Source: Macrostomum hystrix (taxonomy: Eukaryota > Animalia > Platyhelminthes). From it: a stretch of 64,000 bases of DNA. This document shows, piece by piece, positions 24,683 through 36,600 of the stretch. The stretch lies in contig CATNEN010000010.1 in NCBI GenBank assembly GCA_950097015.1, positions 2,108,001-2,172,000 on the forward strand, in the 5' to 3' direction. The notes below the pieces were generated by a model that saw only the letters and a program-made list of their open reading frames with translations, was not told the DNA's origin and searched no databases. Numbering within the stretch: the first letter of the stretch is position 1; every line of letters starts with the position of its first letter. Position numbers and translations under genes: made by a program.

Positions 24683-27600
24683 ATGGCGACTGAAGACGTT
24701 CTCTGCATCGGTGACACTATCGCCCTGTACTCAGACGATGTGCTCGGATATGTATTCGCCATGCAGTCCAGGTGAGTACTAGATTATCTGTCTGATCAGT
24801 GTGCTGACTTAGTGTTTAAAACGTTTAGTTTCGAAACAATTTTCAACTTGTTAAACTTAAAGCCTAATTACCATTGAAAAATTTTCCATCATGCCGCTTT
24901 TGACTTAAACTTTGACTTATTTTGACAAGATAATCCTTGCTTGTTGAATTGCAGCTCAGCTCACGCCTACCTGGCAGTGAATAGTAAGGAGGACAAAGTG
25001 CAGCCGAGATGCCCGGATGCTCAGGGTGAGTTCATACTCACGATACTTTATAATAGTTGATAAGACACTAAAGGTTATAAAAAATCACGACGCTCCTTCC
25101 AGTGCTCTCCTTCAGGATCTGCGCCGCCAACCGGTACAAGCTGCAGAAGGCCTACCGAAAGCTGGCGGCCTCGTGCCTAGATGACTCCGGAAATGTGGGA
25201 CAGATGGCCCATTTGACTCAGGCCCGGGTGGGTGCCGCTGAACTACATGTGCTCATTCGAACTTCATGTTGTACTTATTCTTGCATTAGATTTGGTCGAA
25301 TCCTCACGTGTACTGAGACCCATAGACTGGTTCCATAGATATAGGTCTGGGCGACCACTTTGGCTAAGAAATGCTGACACCCGCCTTATGGCCACACAGA
25401 TCGCGGCAGCGGCGGAGGAAGAGGACAACGCCGTTGAGCAGCGTCGCCAGAAGGGAAAGAAGGTGCTGTACGGCCAGGTGGTCCAGCTGCAGCATGTCTT
25501 CTCGGGCAAGTTTGTGCATATCAGCACGCAGAACACGTCGCCGACAGAGAGCAGCAACATGCAGGTCACTCTGAGTGGCGACAACGCCGCCTTCGCCCTG
25601 TTCCGCGTGATGCCGCGGTTCAAGGTGAAGGGCGAGGGCGACCTGGTGCAGATCGAGGACCAGGTGGTGCTGGAGAGCGTGAAGAGCCCCGGCCAGTTCC
25701 TGCACGTCAGTCGGCACAAGTTCGAGAGCCACGTGCCGGTGTACGCGGACTCGTACGAGCTCAACCTGTCCGTCAGGTTCAGCGGCTTCACACTGATCAG
25801 GCGCTTCCACGAGACCGAGGACGAAGCCAACAAGATCAGAGCGGGCCAGCCGGTCAGGTTCTTCCACACCGAGTTGGAGGCCTACCTGGTGTGCGAGGGC
25901 ACTTTCAACGAGCCCGAAGTCGAGGACGTTCACCTGCGGGTGCGTGCGGTGGAGCAGACCAAGCCGAAGACCATGTTCCCGCCGACCTCCGCCATCTGCT
26001 ACTGGCAGCTCGAGTTCTTCGAGGGCTGCGTGAGCGGCGACATCATCAAGTGGGAGCAGCAGGTGCGCATCCGGCACATGTGCACCAGGAAGTTCCTCGT
26101 GATCGACAAGGACGGCCGACTGGCGCTGACGGAGGACCGCACGGACGCCAGGGCCGTGTTCCGGCTGCACCCAGTGCTCAGAGTGAGAATTTTCATCCCT
26201 GCTTTATGATTATTGGGGTTCATAGAAGTTTATCAGCAAATCTGCCACACCCCAGAAAAAGTAGTCTTCAAAATGTTCTCATTGACTTTAAATTACTCAA
26301 AGTTCGCATCGGCAGATAGCAGTAGGAAGCAGCTAACTTACAATGTAAGTACATGAAAAGATGGAACATCGCGCACCAACTGTATTCTGCAGCACAGAAA
26401 ACATACATCTGCTTCTCGCTTTGACTGAGAAATATGTACTTATTACTTTTTACTCAGTAACCTATAGCTTATTATTTTGCGACGCGTTTTCAGCCAAAGT
26501 TTAATGACAGATTTCTAAAAAATGTAAAGTCATTGAGTGCATGTGCTTTGCACCGCTACTTTCAGAAGTGTTTTTACACCAGTGGCATACATAATGAAGC
26601 GCTTTTAGTTAAATATGTTGCTCTGGCTTTTGCTTTTAATCCATAAAGGAGCGAGACGAAATTGAAGACGCAACTTACTGCCGCATTGAGCACGTAGTTA
26701 CTGGGGCCTGGCTGCATGGGAGCAAAGGTGAGTTGAGACCTAATTTAATAACAAAATTTAGCTGAATAAGGAATTTTCAGAGATTTCTCAGCTCTGAAAA
26801 AACCTGTTCAATCATTTTCAGAGGATTACATGCGCAAAACTCTCAAAGAAGATGCTGGCAGCTCCAACTCAATGGCTGGACTTGTGTGGTCGCAGGCGCC
26901 TTTGAAAAAGGTGATACAGTCGGTCTGTCTAGATAGGCTTTGAGAATACCAAGCCGACTTTTAAAGCCCTGAATTCTGCTTGGCTTATATTAGCTTGAGA
27001 GGTGTCCATTTAGCTTCAACTCACTGTTTTAACACCTGAGAAAATGCACCATACAAATTATTTCTCAGGTGAGCATCGTTCAAGAAATGCAGTTCGACGA
27101 CGCCTTCACAATCTACGCAGTGGAGGAGGACCTGGTGAAGATCTTCAACTACGCGGCTGGCTCAGTGCCATTCATCCAGAAACTCTGCCAGGAGGTGAGA
27201 TGGGTGTTGAAACACTTCCAATTTCAGTTTGATAAGTTTAAATCTTGCCTGTATGGCTCATGTCATTAGCTAACTTCTGGCTTAGCTGGCAGTTAAGGAT
27301 TCTCATTGATGAAGGATGCTCTGGCTGAAAACAGCAGTCTGTCAGTGTGCGCTAAGTCGCTACTTGCTGGTGTTTTCTAGATTCGCGGTTCAAACACAGC
27401 TAAGACTGCTGGCGCAGCAGCAGCAGCAGAGGTAACACTGGCGCGTGAAGCTTGAACTTATTAGAACACATCTTTTATCTGGCTTTTTGCGAGTGTTTTT
27501 ATACCTGAGTGAAATGCATGCTTTAATGTATACCTATGCTGATTTAAGTCATAATGTGGCCAAGCAAGTCCAAATAACAAGCCAGTAGGGACGTGCGCGC

Positions 27601-30600
27601 ATATTCTTATTCACAAAATTCACGTTTTGATCTGTAGAAATTTCACTTGAATGAATGTAAAGCACCGTTTAATACATCTATAGCGATATTTTAATTATGT
27701 TGAGAACATTTTATTTGGCAAGCATTTCGTATTGCAGAATCCTTCAGCAAAAAGCGTAAAATTTGTACATTTTTGTAGCTTAATGTCTGATAGGACTCGA
27801 GCTTATTTTGGGCGATACCACAAAAAAATTGTCTGCCACCTCGCTAACTCAAGAGACTGATATAAAACGATCGATGAAAATCAAAGTGAAATGAAGATTC
27901 TAACCGCAAAATTGCTTACGGCAAGTTATCACCAACTGTGCTTCACGCCCCCGAAAACTTCAGCGCAAGCAGCAGGGTGCAGCAAACACCGGCCTGAATG
28001 CGTACCGCAGCCACACGATCATCACTGCGCTGACCGAGCTGCGCGACTTCATGATTGTCAACAGCGAGCCGAACAAGAAGCGTCAGAAGCTCCTCAGGAA
28101 CCTGCGGGTGCGTGTTCGGCACCATGGAAATGCAGAACTCTTTAAGCGCATAAAACTCTGCTTATAATTTGGGGCAAATAGTTTGAGTGTACTTATTAGT
28201 TTAGGCTTTCACTCGCCAGCACGTGATCTCAGGATGATTGAAGAGGGTAAGCCCCTCTGGCTGTGAGGCTACATCAACAAGGTATCCACAGACCCTAAAG
28301 GCCACGAGACCCCTACCTGCATGGTTGGCTCAAATATTGCAGATCGTGGAGTTGCTGGTGCGGCTACTGCAGACGCCGTTTCGGGGTGCCACCGACCAGC
28401 AGTACCTGGTGAAGATCTTCGTTGAGTGCTACGAGGTCCTGTACACCTACCTGATGGGCGACTGTCGCAAGAATGAACTTTACATTGCGAAGCATATCGA
28501 CTTCTTTCGCAGCCAGATAATTCTGGAGGTGAGGCGTTCGTTGACAGATTTTCAACAAAACTATTCGTTTTTCTGACTGAGATGTAAAAATGACAATCAC
28601 GAACTGAAAAGCTCTCAACAATTTTCTCATACTGAGTCGGACTCATTTCTGATGAAATCGAGTCAAAATTAAGCCTAAGCCTAGTTCTCAGGCTTCTTCC
28701 AAAGTCATAGCCGGGAAAAAGGAGCATGAATTCAACATTGCGCATCGCATTTTATCTTTACAGACGTCAGCGGAATGCGTAAGTAGACTTGTCAGTGCGT
28801 GTGGTCGGTGGGAGGAGCATGAAAGTCTAACAAATTGCCTTACTTTTTGGCCTTTTCTTTTCTTTAATTCTCGAGCGACAAAAACTGGTCGACTTAAATT
28901 AAATAGAAGGATAGATTTTGAATTTTTTTAATAAATTAGCGATTAAACTCAGTAACAACTCAAGCACAGCTGAAATAATGTAGATAACTCGACAAACTCA
29001 AGGATAGAATAGAGACGCTGCCTCCGGCCCCAGTGTGCTCAATATATCAGCTTCTTTAGGCTGATGCTTTGTAGGCACTCAATTAGTGATTAACCAGGAC
29101 GGGTGACGTTGATGGTGGGCACTTGCATTTGTTCGCTGCCTCCATCTTCTTTATAAACGCATAAATGTGTGTAATCCTTACCAGTGTTGTGTTAGAGTAA
29201 CTAGCTCGTAGATATCTAACACCTGATAGTACTGATCGAATTAATCTTCGATAATCTATTAGCTCTGAGTATTATCGTAATATACTCAGAGCGGTCTTTG
29301 CTTACTTCATCGATCCATCTGTTAAAACTCCATCGACCAGGAGGAGGTGGGTCTTAACGCCGCTCACATGATCATGGAGCTCATCAAGGACAACCGGAAG
29401 ATTGTCGACCGAATTCCTACCAGCTACGTCGACGAGATCATCGAGCTTCTAAAGCAGAATCGAGTAGGAATCACTTAGACCCTTTCCTTATAAATTTTAA
29501 ATATAAATTCTGGTAAATAAGTACTTACTGATAAACCCTGATCACGTTGCAGAATTTTCGCTACCTTGAACTGCTCAGCGTTCTATGCGTATGCGATGGC
29601 TTGAGTATGCCGGAAAACCAGAACTACATCACGGAGAAGTGGTTGGTGCAAGGCAAAAATTTCTGCTTAGTTTTCTTTACTGATCTTGGCCAGGTGGTCG
29701 GCATGGAGAAGGACAAGGTGTTTGTGTCCGTTGACAACAAGAGGCACTGGGTTTCTCTTGCAAGTTTCGCTAAAGACGTACGTAAAATAAAATGATATTT
29801 TCGTTTGCCAATAGGATGCTTTAAGAGGGGAACAAAATAGGTAGCAGTTGTGTCTACAATAAATATAAAAGACAGGAATATTTAAGGAGATTTTCTAAGA
29901 AATTACTAAAGTGACAGGGGGCTGCGAACTTGGGTCGCACAGCCGCAATGTGACAACATGCTGGTATGATTGCGCGCTTGTACGTATTCGTGTGTGATCA
30001 GAGTCAGTGGGCAGAATGGCATCCCTAAATGTTGTTTGTAGCTCAGCAGTGCAAAATCAAAATGAAAACTTACAAGAGAAGCTAAAAAATGGAGTGCCTG
30101 CACGCCAAAAATGTCAAAATTGCAGTACCAGGCTGCCGTGGCCGCCTCCAAGTTGAACTCGGATGGCTCAGTGCAGCTTACGCACGTGCGGTCTCGGAAG
30201 AAGCATCGCAATCTGCGCAAGCTCAGTCCGGAGGAGGTAAGCACGTAATCGTCTAGGCCTGGAAATCTATTTATATTGTACTGTATATATACCGAGTTAC
30301 ACCAGAAAAGAATCATCAAATAAATAGCTATAAAGTAGAACGCTTCGACTCCACTTACGAGCTCGTAGTGAGAAGTTATTCCAAAATCTTGTAGATAGTG
30401 TCTAACTTGCGTTTGTAAACACTTTAACGCTAAGCGGTTTAAGCCCGAACGCTTTCGCATTTTTTTTCTGCTGCAATGTCCCGCAAATATTCATGCTTTT
30501 TATTTTTAACAAAAATAATTGACTTGCAGCAAAACTCAACGATAATAGAAGAATTCCTGTTTCTGCAGCATCAACTAGACCTCTTCGGTAAATTGTGTCA

Positions 30601-33600
30601 GGTAATATTTGTTGCTTGCCTGAATGGATTTTTTTTAAACGTGCCATTTTGCTCACTACAAACAAGACAAGTAAAAAACGCAGGGAAGGAACGCGAAGTC
30701 GATCGAGGTGATCACAAAGCGACTCAATTACCTCACCTGGGAGGAGGCCTTCATCTGTCTGACTGACGAGGAAATGCCGGACCAGCTGCGAGCCAAGTAC
30801 TGCGAGCTCATCACCACAATGTTTGTGGACGTTGACGACAACATCAGCGTGCTGGACAAGATCGACCTCACGTTTGTCTACGACGATATTTCCAAGGGCA
30901 ACAAGGAGCAACAGACAAAAGTAGTTGAGATGGTAAATCAGCCGAATTGTGCTTTTGACACTTCATGAGTGTTTAATTGAATGCAATTAAAGTTTTATTC
31001 TTACTGACTCTAGGGCATATTTACCCATTGAATCCCCGAAACCAACAGGAAACGGGCAGGAAGGCCTCAACTCAGAGGTACTTTCCGGCACTGCGAGACT
31101 GGTTGGAAGGCTTCCTGGACCAGAACCACGACATGACCGCCTCGGAGGTTGGGCACAATGTCCTCCTTGCCCACGTCATGCAGATGCTGCACTACTTGGT
31201 CAGGTTCGGTTACTACAACTCCAGCACCGACATCAAGAAGCTGCTGAAGCCGCTGCTGGAGCTAGCTTGACGGACGAAACGACAAGCCGCTGCCGAGAGG
31301 TGATTTTTGAACTGCTCAAGATCTCTCAGGCAGTGTACGCTGTGGGGCGGGGAATAGTAGCGACATAAAATAGAAAGCATTCAATTGCAGCGAATTCATG
31401 CCTGTATCTGCTCATTTCAGGCGTGTTGTCAAGCGAAATGGTGGCGAATGTTGCAGGATGTAATCAAAATCAATTTCTTGCGTCTCACATTATGCACTAT
31501 ACTGTTTGATCGAATACAGTTAGCACGCACTTTCCGCATAAAAACTATCCTCAATACTGACCTACGTTTGCGACTGTGGTAGACAATGTATTTTTTATTA
31601 TAATAATCTGAGTTGATTGTACGGAAAGTGATCCTAGGAGCAAAGGTAGGGTAAAGTTTAATTTAGCCCTAGTGGCTATTGCACTAAAGTGCAATCAGTG
31701 CAATGGTCGCTCACTTCTAAACTTCATCTGACTCTGGAATACAGGCCGCTCGTTCTGTGTGGCCTGGTCTTTACGAGTAGCAACTTAGTTTGTCCTGTGC
31801 TTTGGGCTTTCCAATTCCTAAATTTGAATAAAAATCGTCTGGTAGTTGTGTTTGTTGTTTGGTCAATCATTTTTTGTTGCAAGCGTATGTTAACACAGAA
31901 ACAATAACCGATCTTCTCTAATTTTAACCCTAACCAGCCGCATCATCGGACTATGAAAAGGTGCTGCAGCATTATCAAACCGTCGATCGATTCAAGCAGT
32001 CAAGAGAAACGAAGGCAGTTGTGGACGCTAAGTTTCAGTAAGGGATTCCTTACTGACTGGTACATGCTTGGTATACTTACTTGCTTTCAACTTACTTGGT
32101 ATATTGTCTAATAGCATTTCACTGCAATGTAATTTTCTGCAGAGCCATGCGCGTGCTGGACCTGTTCTTCAACTTCCGCTTCAATGTACGGCTGAAGCGA
32201 TTCGTGGCAGAGTTCAAGGATATTCACCGGGCGGCCCAGAGCACCAGCTCCACGAGCCAGGATGTACTGTCTGCGCTGCTCAGCGAGACTTATGAGCTCA
32301 ACGAGCAGTGAGTTCAAATATGGATTCCTGAATGACGGTTCTTGAGTATATGCCATTGTCTGATCCAACCTTAAGCATCACATCAATTACTATTTTATAT
32401 CCCAGTGTGGACTCCGTCGCTGGGCAACGCCTTTCGGACATGTTTGCTGAGTCCGCCTACTTCAGGAACTTCGACATTGTTGATGTCCTGCTGGTAAGAA
32501 GACTTTGAGTTGATTTGAGTAGTGTCCGTGCAAATTTAAACAGCCGGTATGTAACATGAGAACCAAAATCACGCGGACTTCAGGATCTGAGCCACTACGA
32601 GTACCCGAAGATGGTCCAGATGTCGATGTGGCTTCTGAACCGCTATTTCTCCGCATACAATTTGCTGTTCAAGCGAGCCGTGCTGGCCCAGGTGCTCATC
32701 ACTGATAGGTCCGTTGCAGTGCACAAGATGATCGAGGATGAGAGTCACGTGATGCACCGGATGATCGGCTCAAAGATGACCGACACGGACGTGGAGAAGA
32801 TGTGCTCAATTTTGTCTAAATTTTGCAAGTTAGTGAGAATCATCAGCATATGCAATTGATTAACATTATTTTCACCCTTCTTTTCATTTAATTTCAACTG
32901 AAATTCCGATTATAAACGGTTCAAAGAAATCCTCATGTCATACCTGCAGGGTCTGCCACCTGGACGACGAGCCTGAAGAGAGGCACCCAATGAACCAGGC
33001 CATTCTGTACAATAATGGAATATTAAACGATATTTTCGATTTGGTGTCTCAAGATGTGGATATTAACTTGCTGGTAAGATTCAAGTCCAGGTGGATACGG
33101 TCAGTCACGTGGCGTTTATAAAATTACTGGCGCCTCTAATAAAACAATTTTCAAGATGTTCCGTGAATCATCCAGGATGACAAAACGGGTACAAGCTCAT
33201 CACCGCATATCTGATTTGTTTATTCTGTTTCCTCCTTTTACAGTTGGCTAAAATTTAGTTAATAAACACAGTAGCCATTCATTCCTAAGAAAGCTTAAAG
33301 AAACTTAGACACCACTTTATATTTCATTTTCATTTCAAGTAGAGTACAGAAACGATGCACTGCAGAAAAAATAGAATAGTATTATTCGAGAAATTGTTTT
33401 ATTTGACTTATCAACTAAATAGCACGGTTTTCTCTAATAGATTACAATGGATTATCTCTACGCGCGAGTATATTCTAGCCACTGAACTGCAGGACGAGTA
33501 CAGCGGCCTCCGCCGAGTCTTTGCAAAGTGCTTCACCTTGTTGCGACTTATGGCTAGAGGCAACACCGTGGTGCAGAACCATTTGTTCGACCGGCTGGAT

Positions 33601-36600
33601 ACTCTGCTGAGCTGCGTTGGTGCCGAGTCCGAGCTGGCGTTGGCTCTAGCCGAGGTCTTCACTGGCAACAAGAACACCTGCATGAAGGTCCTGCCGCACC
33701 ACATAGCAAAGTCTATGTCTTTAATAGCGCAACACGGATCTAAAGCACCAGAATTTCTCGACATGCTAAACGCTCTGGTGAAGGTCGAGGAGCTGGATCT
33801 ACCACTGAAGCGCAACCAAGCCTACGTCATGAAGTACTTCATGCAGCAGAGAACCGAAGTGGCTCAGTGCCTCGACCAGAAGAAGGACGCCCAGCTGCGT
33901 TTGCTCAGGTCTGCCTCTCACTCGCCAGAGTCAGACTACATGATCGCTCTGGTCGACCTGCTGGCCACCTGCGCTGAGGGCGAGAACCGCTTCATCGAGT
34001 CTATCAACCAGACCATCTACCGAGTGAGCGACGTGCTGGTGATACTGACGGACCCCGCCATCCCGAACCACAACAAGCGGCCCTTCGCACGCTTCCTGCT
34101 GTGGGTCTACCTCAACACGGCCGGCGGCCTCATCGAGAGCGGCGCCGGCGACCTGCCGCACGATGGCAATATGTGGCAGCTGTTCGGCATGGTCAGGGAG
34201 GACCTGCGGCGCATGGCGGAGCTCGCGATGGAGAGCCCGCAGCTCGTCCGTCAGCTGATGAAAGTTCGAGTCTACAAGAAGTAAGTTGGCACACCTAAGT
34301 CGGCTTCCAAGTGTCAAACACAATGTCTAGTATGAAGTAGGAGCTTTTTGCAGGTTAATGGGGTTTGAGTTATTGTGCTGTGGTCGTCCTTTAGCAAATA
34401 CTTTGTGAATTGTTTTTAGATAAACCTTTAAATTTAAAACTGGGTGCTGGATCCATTAAAAGATAAACTAGATATAACATCACTGATTGCGTTGTCGTTA
34501 TGGACACAGAGTTATGGACACTAATCAATATTTTTAACAAACTCACTGATTGCGCCTTTTATATATACTCGTACTTTGCGGCGTATTTCATACTGTATTG
34601 CGCAGCACTCAACCAAATAATGATTTGTGCCACGATGCGTGAAATTTTCAGACCAAAGACTGCCTCTGCAAAGAGTGCAGATGAGCGAAGAAAAGTGGAA
34701 ACCCTGCCGCAAGTGTACGTTGACGATGAAGTGTAACTGCACATTTTTGACGCGCTAACATTTCATGAGGTTCATTGGTTTTGCATGAGTACGGCAAACT
34801 AATTTATTCGAGTTGGGGCTCACTCACTGCAGTGGTAAATGCTTAGTAACGGAAAAGATGCGAGTAGATTAGATAGACTAAGCGCCTAGCCCTTGTAAAC
34901 ATTTCAGAACCATTGAGGACTCTGGGAGTAGCCGAAAGCAGAATATTTCAGACGAGACCGTTCATGGCACGCTGAAGTTTCTGTTTGAAGGGGCTCTGCC
35001 AGTCATTAGTGTGAGTTTAACTTCATCGCTTTAAATTAGAATCTGTGCTAATGACTTGCAATGGAATCGGCTTAACTTCAGGTTTTCTTCAAGACTATTT
35101 TCCTGAAGGACTTGGAGGAACATCCCAAGGAAATTGACGAAATCAACAAGCTTGCACAAGCACTGATGGTGAGTGTTGCAGTTAAGTACTTTTTGTAGAA
35201 GCAATATTATGGAGACAAAAGTTATCACAGTTTCACCTTCTCAACTTGAAGACCTTCGTTGATGCCGTCATGCCTTTGGCATCTGATGAGAAGTACGTCA
35301 AGGCGCTCCTGGGCTGCACATCTTCCCTGCTAACTGTTAGCACCCTGCCTTCAAAGGTAAATGAGCTTGTATGTACGCTGACTGACAAGCATAAAAATGT
35401 ATTTTGCCCTATGCCCAATAAAAATAATTATAGACTATCGAAGATTTTCAAAGCAAGTACGGCTCAGGAATTCAGCTCAACTGGGATGCTCGAACTGAGG
35501 GCAGAAAGGTACGTCTATGGAATGAACAATGCACAAAGTTCGAGTTTTACATATCGGAAAGCAATTGTTTTCAGCGCTACGAGGAATACTACAACACGGA
35601 GGAAGAGCTGAACGTGCAGCTGAACGTGTTCGCCACCAACTTTAACATTTCCTACGGCGGCGAGAATACTCTCCGAGCCCAGATCGGCTTTCCAAGCGAC
35701 TTGGGTAAGCGCAGTAGGACTCTGGCACTACTGTACCAAAAGTACAAAATTAGCGAAAGTCCCAGTCGTTAGAGGCTCAGAGGCATGGTTTCGACTTTCA
35801 GCCAGGGAAGCAATTTGTGTCCTTCAGCAAGTTCTTCAGTTCCCTATTGCTTTCGTTCACCTAGCCGTAAAATGGTAACCAGCACCAGTTAGAAACGTCA
35901 GTGGGTGTGGCGGCCTCCGCAGACCACTGCACTGCACTATAGCTGCGGCTGTGGCACTGGTTGTACTGGGTAAGGTGTAAATTATGAATTCTTCAACTCG
36001 ACTAAAAATCTCCGCCATCAGACTACACTGTGATTGGCAGTGACGAAGAGCTGCCGCTGGGCAAGGAGTTTCAAAACCACATGGCCTGCTTCATCAACCC
36101 GGACCTGGGCGTATCGGATCCACTGAAGTTTAAATTGGCCGGCAAGCTGGTCGAGCAGCTGCAGTGAGTAGAAATGCCATTGCGGTAGAATAATAATAAT
36201 AATTGTAACACACTAAAAGTGGGGAACGAATCTCGCGCTGGCAGACCGAGACCGGTTTCTGGCTTGTTTGCCTTCGTCAGTCAGCCATAGCCACACGCAG
36301 TCCTCTCCCACCACTCTTAGTGTGCACAGAAGTCTCTTATAAGCTTGCCATTTTTATGGCGATACTTTTTTAAGTGTTATGTGAGAGTTTTGCAGCCAAG
36401 TCTTTGCTGTTCTACTGTTGTCAGTAGTCTTAATTTTATCTCTCACAATAATAATAATAATTGATTACACCTGGCCGAATTGGGTCAGATGTGCAGATGA
36501 TAGCACAGTCCATGGACTGGGGACGCCACACCCACCTTCAATTATCCCAGCAAATGCTGGTACCTAGCTGGGTGAACTAAAGCAATGCAGAGTTAAGTGT

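Noticed and set aside
25264-26170. Long antisense ORFs over ITPR exons (also at 33411-34323, 48275-48937 and over the DEG/ENaC and PPP1R3 exons)
   Set aside because: Expected shadow ORFs of GC3-rich coding sequence; no independent motifs
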